From Mobula hypostoma (lineage: Eukaryota): 64,000 nucleotides of DNA. Below the pieces are notes generated by a model that searched no databases, was not told the origin of the DNA, and saw only the letters and a program-made list of their open reading frames with translations. A program made the position numbers and the translations under genes. Of the stretch, positions 1 to 11,187 are shown one piece after another. How positions within the stretch are numbered: position 1 is the first letter of the stretch; each line of letters opens with the position of its first letter. Location: assembly GCF_963921235.1 (NCBI RefSeq), contig NC_086097.1, forward strand, positions 106,950,001 to 107,014,000, written 5' to 3'.

Positions 1-304
1 CAGGTTTGGGAGTTTAATGTTTGGATGAAGATGCACTGAAATATGAAACTTGCGTGTGACCACCAGGATAAACGATGGTATATTCCACTTAATTTTCATT
101 ATTTATCAGCAAGATTCATTTTTAAATCATTTTAACACATCCTTGAATATTGTTCACAAATTATTTAAAAATAATTGAGAGAATATGAATTTAATTTATT
201 TTCCATATCCAGCTGAAAACCATTTCCCATCATTTTATCAATGGCATCACCAAGTATTGTCTTGAGTTAGATACTTAATACAGATAGAAACCAAACCATC
301 TTCT

Positions 305-655
305 TTTCGGGCCCTTCTGTCTCCATCATCCTCTGTTCTGAGCCAGTCTCTCAAGGGTGGACTAGGAGTGTGCCCATTGTCTAATTTCGGCCTCAATGTC
401 TCTCCTCCATGTGCACTTTGGATGCACCTTTTCCCTCTTTCCTTCTGGATTCCATTTTAATGCCTGCCTGGTTATGTTGTTGGTTGGCTTCCTCAAGGTG
501 TGGCCAATCTAACTCCACTTTCATTTGCATATTTGTATCTCTATGGATTCCTAGTCGGTGTTTTCCCACAGTGTCTAATTGATTACTTTGTCAGTCTCTC
601 TAATGTTTAGGATCATTCTCAGGCACTGTTTGATGAAAGCCTGGGGTTTTTGTAG
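305..655 (-). mobile_element. RTE-clade LINE, degraded 3' ORF fragment
   Basis: Minus strand reads ...FIKQCLRMIL...[28 protein letters not shown]..., the typical C-terminal region of RTE ORFs; stops and frameshifts present. Confidence 0.75.
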
Positions 656-1778
656 TGTGTAGAAAACAGACAATAGTCATGTGAAAATAAACAGCCAGTA
701 TATTTCACATGGCGGTATTACAGAATCTTCATGAACCCATTTCCACTGAAATGTTTTGGGATCATTAAAGTTTATTTTAACTATATCATGACTTTCATTT
801 AGAATGCTTTAAAGTAAATTCATTCTGATTAGCCTAAAGAATTCAACGTGACCCAAAAGTAACAAATATATGCAAAAGGCATGTAATGTTTACCTTGTTT
901 ATACAACTCTAGATGATCTGAACCAAATGTTATCTCCTGAGGGTGATATTTATGACTACCCAGACTTAGTTTATCTTCTAAATGACTAGTTTAATATTCA
1001 CGCACTGCATTATTCTTTCCCTTGGGTTTTACATTAGGGATTTGCAGCAGGTGTTCACACCAGCCTGATGCAAATCTCTCACTTTATAGTCCATATGCAC
1101 TCTGATGAGAATAGATATGGTTTTTTTATCTTGAGCTGTGAACAAAAATAATAACTCTGTGGTTTATAAGGAATTTCACTCCTGATATCTGATTCCTTGT
1201 TTTACAACCCACCTGCAACTTCCACATCCTAGCCTTTCACTACTCTATAACATGTAAACTAAAATACTCTGTAACATGTATGCACTAAATGCTGACTAAG
1301 AGCATTGGCAGGTAACCAGCTTCCAGCTGTTTGCTGTCTATTAACAGTGATGCAGAATGAATTGTTCCTTTTACTTTTTTTGCCCTCTTTCTAAGTAAGT
1401 GTTTTGCACTCCACTTTCTTCCTGATCACTGAGGTGAATTCAGATTAGAATCTCATCATATGAGGACTCACAAGCCTCAGCCCTCAAGCAAATTAAAGCA
1501 CCATAAGTAGGTGCCAGCATTTCATGCATAAACCGATCACTGGATGTCGTGTGTTCTAAACTGCAAATTTATTATAATTGAAGCTACCTTGACCATGCAT
1601 CTTGATTACTATGTTAAGGAGTCCACATAAAGGAAGCTAGTTTGAAAACTGAACAAAACAGTTTCATTTGGTAACTATTGCACTTGTCAGCCTTACACTC
1701 AGGTAAAAGTTCCTAACTGCAATGCTGAGCTTTCAGACCCAAAGTAAAAACAGCATTTCAATTAGGCAGTTAAGGGTT

Positions 1779-1796
1779 GTGCGTGTGTGTGTGTGT
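1779..1796. repeat. (GT)n microsatellite
   Basis: gtgcgtgtgtgtgtgtgt seen directly. Confidence 0.85.
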
Positions 1797-2620
1797 ACGT
1801 GGGCAGATATTGCTTTGGTTAGTGGTATCCTCAATGTTAATAAAGACAATATAATTTAATGTTTGTACCAGAAAATTCACAAAAAGTAATTCCTCCAGTA
1901 ATGACAGTAAATGCAATCAATAATTTTAATTCATAATTTTCCCTTGCATATTATCAGCGTGATTCACAAGCTCAACATAAACCAGAGACATAAACTTCAC
2001 TACAAAGGTAAAATGCTAATTTTAATATCACCAGTCTCGTTTACCTCTATATTTTCTCTTTTTCCCCAATTTCAGTAACTGCCAAAGATACAACCTACTC
2101 AAGGCTCTTTAGATCAGTCTCTTCCATGAGATCAGGGGAGCACATGGTTCAGCTCTCATAATAATGCCACAAATTATCAACAGAATCCATGGAGCAAAGT
2201 CCAGATCAAAAATACAGCCAGTTCTGCAGCTGCTAATTAGAACTGAGATAATTGATTCTGACAGAACAAAGCAGCATATTGCTAAAAGCATGTCAATCAC
2301 TTTGTTTCACCTATAAAATTCATATTCTGCCAGACGGCAGTGGATATAACAGAACCAGATTTCTGATGCCATAGTGCTTCCAGGCACAATCCAGAGATGA
2401 TAGCAGTTACCAGCAGGCGCACTTTCTTCTAGCTTACAATAAATTTATTGAGTTGGTCATCAATATGTACAATACCACAATCTAGAAGGCACAGGTTATT
2501 TGATATCAATAATACAGTCTTCAAAGATATTTTTATGGCAGATACCATATTTTCTGGACAACACACATCAAAGTTGCTGGTGAACACAGCAGGCCAGGCA
2601 GTATCTCCAGGAAGAGGTAC

Positions 2621-2656
2621 AGTCGACGTTTTGGGCCGAGACCCTTCGTCAGGACT
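2621..2656 (-). ncRNA. Minimal type-I hammerhead ribozyme motif, core mutated (GAAA>AAAA)
   Basis: Minus strand: AGTC-CTGACGA-A-GGGTCTCGGCCC-AAAA-CG-TC-GACT. Confidence 0.75.
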
Positions 2657-2896
2657 AACTAAAAGAAGAGCTAGTAAGAGATTTCAAAGTTGGAGGGGGA
2701 GAGGGAGATCCAAAATGATAGGAGAAGACAGGAGGGGGAGGGATGGAGCCAAGAGCTGGACAGGTGATAGGCAAAAGGGATACGAGAGGATCATGGGACA
2801 GGAGGCCCAGGGAGAAGAAAAAGGGGGAGGGGGGAAAACCCAGAGGATGGACAAGGGGTATAGTCAGAAGGACAGAGGGAGAAAAAGGAGAAAGAC

Positions 2897-4342
2897 ACCT
2901 TGCACATCCCATTTCTACCTCCTGCCCAAGATCCACAAATCTACCTGTCCTGGCAGACCTATTGTCTCAGCTTGCTCCTGCCCCACCGAACTCGTTTCTG
3001 CATACTTCGACACAGTTTTATCCCCACTTGTTCAATCCCTCTCTACCTATGTTCATGACACTTGTCACGCTCTTAAACTTTTCGATGAGTTTAAGTTCCC
3101 TGGGCCTCACCACTTTATTTTCACCATGGATGTCCAGTTCCTATATACTTCCATCCCCCATCAGGAAGGTCTCAAAGCTCTCTGCTTCTTTTTGGATTCC
3201 AGACCTAATCAGTTCCTCTCTACCACCACTCTGCTCCGTCTAGCGGAATTTGTCTTTACTCTTAATAATTTCTGCTTTAGCTCCTCCCACTTCCTCCAAA
3301 CTAAAGGTGTAGCTATGGGCACCCATATGGGTCCTAGCTATGCCTACCTTTTTGATGGCTTTGTGGAACAATCTATGTTCCAAACCTATTCTGGTATCTG
3401 TCCCCCACTTTTCCTTTGCTACATCGACGACTGCATTGGTGCTGCTTCCTGCACACATGCTGAGCTCGTTGATTTCATTAACTTTGCCTCCAACTTTCAC
3501 CCTGCCCTCAAGTTTACCTCGTCCATTTCCGACACCTCCCTCCCCTTTCTAGATCTTTCTGTCTCTATCTCTGGAGACAGCTTATCTACTGATGTCTACT
3601 ATAAGCCTACTGACTCTCACAGCTATCTGGACTATTCCTCTTCTCACCCGGTCTCTTGCAAAAATGCCATCGCCTTCCCACAATTCCTCCGTCTCCGCCG
3701 CATCTGCTCTCAGGATGAGGCTTTTCATTCCAGGACGAGGGAGATGTCCTCCTTTTTTAAAGAAAGGGGCTTCCCTTCCTCCACCATCAACTCTGCTCTC
3801 AAATGCATCTCCCCCATTTTACACACATCTGCTCTCACTCCATCCTCCCGCCACCCCACTAGGAAGAGGGTCCCCCTGGTCCTCACCTACCACCCCACCA
3901 GCCTCCAGGTCCAATACATTATTCTCCGTAACTTTCGCCACCTCCAACGGGATCCCACCACTAAGCACATCTTTCCCTCCCCCCCCCCGCTTTCCGCAGG
4001 GATCGCTCCCTAAGCGACTCCCTTGTCCATTCATTCCCCCCATCCCTCCCACTAATCACTAATCTCCCTCCTGGCACTTATCCTTGTAAGCGGAACAAGT
4101 GCTACACATGCCCTTACACTTCCTCCCTTACCACCATTCAGGGCCCCAGACAGTCCTTCCAGGTGAGGCGACACTTCACCTGTGAGTCGGCTGGGGTGAT
4201 ATACTGTGTCCGGTGCTCCCGATGTGGCCTTCTATATATTGGCGAGACCCAACACAGACCGGGAGATCGTTTTGCTGAACACCTAAGCTCTGTCCGCCAG
4301 AGAAAGCAGGATCTCCCAGTGGCCACACGTTTTAATTCCACA
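2897..4342 (+). pseudogene. PLE RT and GIY-YIG coding remnant (frameshifted near 3980-4060, split by CR1)
   Basis: ORFs 2448..4013 and 4163..4501 contain the RT and GIY-YIG motifs; the frame is lost around the poly-C run and the cactaat duplication. Confidence 0.9.
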
Positions 4343-5257
4343 TGGGCGGCAGTGTTAGCAGTGAGGAGGATGCTAAGAGGATGCAGGGTGACTTGGATAG
4401 GTTGGGTGAGTGGGCAAACTCATGGCAGATGCAATTTAATGTGGATAAATGTGAAGTTATCCACTTTGGTGGCAAAAATAGGAAAACAGATTATTATCTG
4501 AATGGTGGCCGATTAGGAAAAGGGGAGGTGCAACGAGACCTGGGTGTCATTATACACCAGTCATTGAAAGTGGGCATGCAGGTACAGCAGGCGGTGAAAA
4601 AGGCGAATGGTATGCTGGCATTTATAGCAAGAGGATTCGAGTACAGGAGCAGGGAGGTACTACTGCAGTTGTACAAGGCCTTGGTGAGACCACACCTGGA
4701 GTATTGTGTGCAGTTTTGGTCCCCTAATCAGAGGAAAGACATCTTTGCCATAGAGGGAGTACAAAGAAGGTTCACCAGATTGATTCCTGGGATGGCAGGA
4801 CTTTCATATGAAGAAAGACTGGATGAACTGGGCTTGTACTCGTTGGAATTTAGAAGATTGAGGGGGGATCTGATTGAAACGTATAAGATCCTAAAGGGAT
4901 TGGACAGGCTAGATGCAGGAAGATTGTTCCCGATGTTGGGGAAGTCCAGAACGAGGGGTCACAGTTTGAGGATAGAGGGGAAGCCTTTTAGGACCGAGAT
5001 TAGGAAAAACTTCACACAGAGAGTGGTGAATCTGTGGAATTCTCTGCCACAGCAAACTGTTGAGGCCAGTTCATTGGCTATGTTTAAGAGGGAGTTAGAT
5101 ATGGCCCTTGTGGCTACGGGGGTCAGGGGGTATGGAGGGAAGGCTGGGGCGGGGTTCTGAGTTGGATGATCAGCCATGATCATAATAAATGGTGGTGCAG
5201 GCTCGAAGGGCCGAATGGCCTACTCCTGCACCTATTTTCTATGTTTCTATGTTTCTA
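4343..5257 (+). mobile_element. CR1 LINE, young subfamily A, 5'-truncated
   Basis: ORF 4342..5160 is CR1 ORF2 C-terminus (WQMQFNVDKC, YKALVRPHLEYCVQFWSP, RRLRGDLIETYKI). 3'UTR ends in (TTTCTATG)n. Splits the PLE sequence aattccaca|tcccgttctc. Confidence 0.95.
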
Positions 5258-5696
5258 TCCCGTTCTCATTCTGATATCCACGGCCTCCTCTACTGTAAAG
5301 ATGAAGCCACACTCAGGTTGGAGGAACAACACCTTATATTCCATCTGGGTAGCCTCCAACGTGATGGCATAAACATTGACTTCTCAAACTTCCACTATGC
5401 CCCACCTCCCCTTCGTACCCCATCCGTTATTTATTTATATACATACATTCTTTCTCTCGCTCTCCTTTTTCTCCCTCTGTCCTTCTGACTATATCCCATG
5501 CCCATCCTCTGGGTTTTTCCCCCCTCCCCCTTTTCCTTCTTGCTGGGCCTCCTGTTCCATGATCCTCTCATATCCCTTTTGCTAATCAACTGTCCAGCTC
5601 TTGGCTCCATCCCTCCCCTTCCTGTCTTCTCCTATCATTTTGAATCTCCCCCTCCCCCTCCCACTTTCAAATCTCTTACTAGCTCTTCCTTCAGTT

Positions 5697-5732
5697 AGTC
5701 CTGACGAAGGGTCTCAGCCCGAAACTTTGACT
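5697..5732 (+). ncRNA. Minimal type-I hammerhead motif, cleavage triplet mutated
   Basis: AGTC-CTGACGA-A-GGGTCTCAGCCC-GAAA-CT-TT-GACT; core boxes intact, GTC changed to TTT. Confidence 0.75.
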
Positions 5733-6399
5733 GTACCTCTTCCTAGAGATGCTGCCTAGCCTGCTGCGTTCACCAGCAACTTTGATGTGTGTTGCTTGAA
5801 TTTCCAGCATCTGCAGAATTCCTCGTATTTATATTTTTTAGAGATGCCCACTTAAGACTGTGAAGGCTAATTACATTATTATATTTAAAATTAATTTTAT
5901 GAAGCATTATTAAATAAAACATAGGGATAGAATATGTGCTATTTCAAGTGGTAAGTTAAATCTCTTTTTTAGCAATGAAAAATTGAGGCAGGATATCACC
6001 AACTAGCCAATGTTTAAAAAAAAAGCTCAAAGAATGTGATAACAGAAAAAAGGAACACTTAAGAAGATGCCAGCAGTATACAAGGCAAAGGAAGTACGCA
6101 ATAAAAAGAGAGTAAATGCATTTTGAACACTCTTGATTCTATAAAGTCACAAAATAAGGCACTCTGTGCTGACACTATGTGATCTGTTGAGCAATTATTG
6201 AGTACTGAATACTTCCCCTATCTGTGAAATTATTCAATGGGTTTATCAGACCAAAGACAAAGAAGCTGATCACAGCTAAACAAGATGGGGACAGTTGTTT
6301 CCCTTTTATGTAAAAAATATAGAATTCACCAGAGCAGAAGTTACCATTACAGGGATGATATTCACCCTACCACTGGAATGATATTCCATTAGCAAGTGA

Positions 6400-6615
6400 G
6401 TCTGGCTGCTGTCCATAAGGAGTTCGTACGTTCTCCCTGTGACTGCAAGGGTTTCCTCCGGATCCTCTGGTTTCCTCCCAAAGACGTAGCCGTCGGTAGG
6501 CTAATTGGCCATTGTAAATTGTCCCATGATTAGGCTAGGGTTAAATCAGTGGTTGCCGGGCAGCGTGGCTCGAAGGGCCGGAAGGGCTTATTCCATATGG
6601 TATCTCTATAAATAA
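6400..6615 (+). mobile_element. V-SINE (HE1-like) fragment
   Basis: ggagttcgtacgttctccctgtgactgc..gggtttcctccgg..ctctggtttcctccca V-domain motif with a CR1-like tail. Confidence 0.7.
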
Positions 6616-6744
6616 GTAATAAAATAACTTAATTACTTTCTATTGAGATTTTTGTCATTTGAATTATTGAAGTTTCCATTGGATAGTAGAATACCAATGG
6701 CTTTCTAAGAGTATTGCAATGAGAATACAGAAGGAACGTGCTCC

Positions 6745-6950
6745 TTGGGGTGGTGGTAGAAGTAGAAACATTAAGAGACTTCTAAGAGACATTTAGATAG
6801 GCACAACAATGTGAAGAAAATGGAAGGATTTGAACATTGTGTGGGGAGAAGAGATGAGTTTAGTTAGCCATTTGATGACTAATTTAATTGGTTCAGCACA
6901 ACATCGTGGGCAAAAGGGCCTGTTACTGTTCTGTACTATTGTTCTATGTT
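6745..6950 (+). mobile_element. Old CR1 3' fragment
   Basis: gtggtagaag..gacatttagataggcaca..gggcctgttactgttctgtactattgttctatgtt 3' end. Confidence 0.65.
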
Positions 6951-7506
6951 TAATGAAGGGAATATTATGAAATTTGACCAAATTTTAGTCAAACAGGCAA
7001 GTTGCAAGACTGCAGGAGTTTAAAACAAATAGATCAGTTTCTATTGAACTACTTGGAATCTGGTCCTCATTAAGATTTTCAAAACTGTATTGGAAGCCTA
7101 ATCCAAGAAAAGACCTAGAGGGCCATCTTAATACACACTGAGACGGTAGTGAGTTCAGATAGCTGTAACAATCAACAGAGTACATAAAAATTCAATAACC
7201 TCACAAACTTGAATAAGGTCAATGAATGGATCTTCAAATGCCATATTCTAGCAAAGGTACTACTAGCTGAAGACATTATTCAACGCCCTTTCTTTCACCA
7301 ACAATTTCTATTATTCAGCACTGCATGTCTAGTGCATGCTCCCGCACTGTGACATTTGTAACTTGAGAATCTAAACAAAGGAAAAACACAGGAGCTGGCA
7401 TACTTGTCCACATAGTTTTTTTCCCCTTTTTCTTGTAAGGCGCTTACATATGACACATGCCATTCACGTATCTCTTACATATAACTCAATTTTATTTATT
7501 TAGTGT

Positions 7507-7810
7507 TGGCGTGTGACCAAGTGGTTAAGGCATTCGTCTAGTGATTTGAAGGTCGCAAGTTCGAGCCTTGGCTGAGGCAGCATGTGTGTCCTTGAGCAAG
7601 GCACTTAACCACACATTGCTCTGCGACAACACCGGTGCCAAGCTGTATAGGTCCTAATATCCTTCCCTTGGATTACATCGGTGGTGTGGAGAGGGGAGAC
7701 TTGCAGCATGGGCAACTGCTGGTCTTCCATACAACCTTGCCCAGGCCTGCACCCTGGAAACTTTCCAAAGCGCAAATCCATGGTCTCATGAGACTAACGG
7801 ATGCCTATAT
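7507..7810 (+). mobile_element. tRNA-derived SINE with CORE-like central domain
   Basis: A box-like tgaccaagtgg and B box-like agttcgagcc, followed by gtgtccttgagcaaggcacttaacc. Confidence 0.75.
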
Positions 7811-7819
7811 ATTCATTTA

Positions 7820-8086
7820 TTTACGTATTGAGATGCAGCACGGAATAGGCCCTTCCGGCCCTTCAAGCCACACCACCAATGATCCCTCCTACTTAATCTT
7901 ACACTAATCATGGGCCAATTTACAATGACTAATTAACCGACCAACCAGTGTATCACTGGACTGTGGGAGGAAACTCATGAAGTCAGGGGGAGAATGTGCA
8001 AATTCCTTACAGGCAGAGGTAGGAATTGAACCTTGGTCGCCTGTACTGTAAAGAGTTGTGCTAACCACAATGCTACTGTGCCGCCC
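7820..8086 (-). mobile_element. V-SINE (HE1-like)
   Basis: Minus strand starts ggcggcacagtagcattgtggttagcaca..ggttcaattcc (A/B boxes), then V domain and CR1-like tail. Confidence 0.75.
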
Positions 8087-9878
8087 TGTTATGAACTATG
8101 TAAACAAAGAATGCTTAATGAAACAAAATATTTACAATATTACCCAAGTACTACTGAAATATTGAATACACTGCAGGCTCCTTTATCCTACTATCCTTTC
8201 CTTGCCTCATTGGGACAAAGCTTTCCAGAATCTCATGCAAGTGCTCCCTAAGCAACCTCATATTTCTGCTGTGCATTTCTCTGAAAACCTCTGTTCCCAA
8301 ATTACACTCCTAAGTTCCTGTTTATTACCATCATGACTTTCCTCCAATTAAATACTTTCCTTGTCCATGGCTACACTAAAGGTCAGGGAGTTGTGGTCAC
8401 TGTCTCCAAAATACTCACCCACTAAGTGGTCTGCCGCCTGACCAGGATCACTGCCTATGACTAAATCCAGTATGGCCACTCCTCTAGTCAACCTGTCCAC
8501 GTACTGTGTCAGGAATCCTTCCTTGACACACCTAATAAATACTGCCCCATCTAAACCTTTTGGACTAAGGAGATGCCAATCAATTATCGGGGAAATTGAA
8601 GTTACCCATGACAACAATGTTAATTTTGCATCTTCCAGAATCTGCTTATTACCCACTCATTAGTGTACTGGTGGCTATTGGGGGGCCTATAGAATACTCT
8701 TAATAGAGGACAAATAAAGGGCATGAAATATCTCTGACAGATAAAATAAAGGAAAATCTCAAAATTCTCCTGAATACGTTAAGAGTTAAATGGTACCTAG
8801 GGACAGAGCAGATCCTCTAACAATTAGTGTGGTGATTTATGTGCAAAGCCACAGGAAATGAGCGAGGTCTTAAATGGATACTTCCAAACTATATTTAACA
8901 TGGAGAAGGATAAACCACAAATTATAAGCCAGTCAGCTCAACATAAGTGATAGGAAGGTTATCATAAGGGTTTCTGAGAGAAAGGATTTATGTGCAATTG
9001 GAAAGGTAAGGGCTGATTAGGAATAATCAGCATGACTTGTGCATGGGAAATCATGTTTCAGAAAAACAAATGTGATTTGTTTTAAACAGGTAATCAAGAG
9101 GTGTGATGAGGGCTGGGCAGTAGATGCTGTCTACATGGATTTAGCAAGGACTTAGACAATGTCTCACATATTAGGCTGGCCTGCAAGGTTAGAACACATC
9201 AACTGGATACAAAATTAGTAGTAGGGTATAGAGGGTGGTAAAAAAAGCATTGTCTGGAGGCCAATGACTAGTGCTGTGCCATAGGGATTAGTGCTTCGTC
9301 CTCTGTTGCTTGTCCTATACACTAAGGATTTGGATGAGATTGTCCATGACAAATACAGCAAGCTTGCGGAGAACACCAAAATCGGTGGCATTGTGGACAT
9401 TGAGGATAGTTGTCTAAGTTTACAGATCAACTGATAAAGTGAGCAAAGGAATGGCAGATAGAAGTTAACTCAAAGTAGTACAAAGTGATGCATATTGGAA
9501 AGTTATACCAGGGCAGGATTTACACAGAGAATGCAGGACTCTTGGAAATGTTGATTATCAAAGAGACCCACGGATGCAAGTACAGTGTTCCCTGAAAGTA
9601 GCAAAATGGGTGAACAGAGTGGTGAACAAAAGCAGATGGCATGCTTGACTTCATCAGACATGCAATGCTTGAGAGCTCGGATATCATCTTACAGTGGTGC
9701 ATCGCATTCATTAGGGCACACTTGGAGCATTGTGCTGCCATACAATAGGAAGGATGTGATTCAGCTAGAGGGTGCAGCAAAGTCACAAGTTTACTGTCTG
9801 CAATGCAGAGTTTTCATTTGAGGAAAGACTAGATAGCCAGAGTCCATTTTACATGGTAAAAGATTAAGTCTTTCTATA

Positions 9879-10652
9879 GACTCAGTGGCCACTTTATTAA
9901 GTACTCCTTGCAGCTAATAAAGTGGCCACTGAGTGTATGTTTGTGGTTTTCTGCTGCTGTTGCCTATCCAATTCAATTTTCAACATGTTGCTCTTCTGCA
10001 CACTACTGTTGCTACACATGGTCATTTGAGTTATGCTGTTTTCCTGTCAGCTTGAACCAGTCTGGCCATTCTCCTCTGACCTCTCTCATTAACAAAGTGT
10101 TCTCACCAACAAGACTGCTGCTCATTAGAAGTTTTTCTTTGTTTTTTGCCCCATTCACTGTAAACTCTAGAGACGGTTATGCGTGAAAATAGACAATAGA
10201 CAATAGGTGCAGAAGTAGGCTATTCGGCCCTTCAAGCCAGCACTGCCATTCACTGTGATCATGGCTAATCATCCACAATCAGTACCCCGTTCCTGCCTTC
10301 TCCCCATGTCCCTTGACTCCACTATTTTTAAGAGCTCTATCTAACTCTTTCTTGAAAGCATCCAGAGAATTGGCCTCTACTGCCTTCTGAGGCAGAGCAT
10401 TCCACAAAATCTCAGGAGATCAGCAGTTTCTGATCTCAGAACACCCCACCTGGCACCAACAATCATTCCATGATCAAAATCACTTTGATCACATTTCTTC
10501 CCTATTCTAATTTTTGGTCTGAATAATAACTGAAATTCTTGACCAGGTCTGCATGTTTTTATGTATCAAGTTGCTGCTACATGATTGACAGATTAGATAT
10601 CTGCATTAACTAGCAGTTATACAGGTGTACCTAATAGAGTAGCCACTGAATG
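9879..10652 (-). mobile_element. Non-autonomous Tc1 element
   Basis: TIRs (c/g)actcagtggccactttatta / taatagagtagccactgaatg flanked by TA on both sides; remnant of transposase N-terminus on minus strand. Confidence 0.88.
10191..10405 (-). mobile_element. Short CR1 3' fragment inside Tc1
   Basis: CR1 3'UTR with (CTATTGT)n tail; TSD aaaat at 10186-10190 and 10406-10410. Confidence 0.85.
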
Positions 10653-11187
10653 TAGATTGAGGGTGAGAGGGGGAAATATAACAATGGATTTAAAGAAAGT
10701 TTTTTTCACACAAAAGAGTAATTGGTATCTGGAATAAGTTGCCAGAGAAGGTGGTGGAGACAGGAACAGCAAGAACATTTACAGTAATTTACAGGCACTT
10801 GAATGACTCTGAATTTATGTGCTACTGGTAAGCAGTCTTTGTCTTACACTCATCTTACACATATGTGCAGTTTTTTCAGCGTGTTAGATTTTCATCAGCA
10901 ACAATCCTGGCAAATTCATCAATTTCTCTGTTGCTTTGTAATCAGCAGATGCTTTATCACTACAAATCCATAAAACAATAATCCCGTGCCTTTACTTAAA
11001 TTTCCACAAGCCTGCAGAATATTCACAATTACTTTCAATTTTCAGTTCATCGTGGTAAAATTTTGTTTATTTCATGATCAGCATACCATTAAGTGGCATA
11101 TGTTCACTCCAATGCTGATGAATCCACTCTTTCAATACACAATCAAGATCTTCATTTTTCATCTTATGCAGTGTTTCTTTTATTTTT

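Larger units (their letters stand above)
2559..5830 (+). mobile_element. Penelope-like element (Neptune-type), 5'-truncated, with inverted 5' pseudo-LTR; interrupted by CR1
   Basis: 2559-~2895 is the reverse complement of the 3' pseudo-LTR (~5450-5794). RT from ~2897 (FYLLPKIHK..PGRPIVS, KGVAMGTHMGPSYA, YIDD), Cys linker (CKRNKCYTC), GIY-YIG nuclease (VIYCVRCSRCGLLYIGET) resuming at 5258. Candidate 12-bp TSD atattttctgga (2547-2558) / atattttttaga (5831-5842). Confidence 0.93.
8335..10830 (+). mobile_element. Old CR1 with inverted 5' segment (endonuclease part 8335-~8705 on minus; RT/3' part on plus), interrupted by Tc1 MITE
   Basis: ORF 8348..8656(-) is APE domain (LTQYV..TRG.AILDLV..SDHN). 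Plus strand 8710-9850 is degraded RT; the CR1 3' part resumes at ~10655. Confidence 0.8.

Noticed and set aside
2045-2311. Exon-like segment / ORF 2109..2300
   Set aside because: From the best minus-strand acceptor all three frames hit stops within a few codons; the plus-strand acceptor gives only short frames.
7507-7580. Possible tRNA gene
   Set aside because: A/B boxes continue into a SINE body; no convincing acceptor stem or Pol III terminator.
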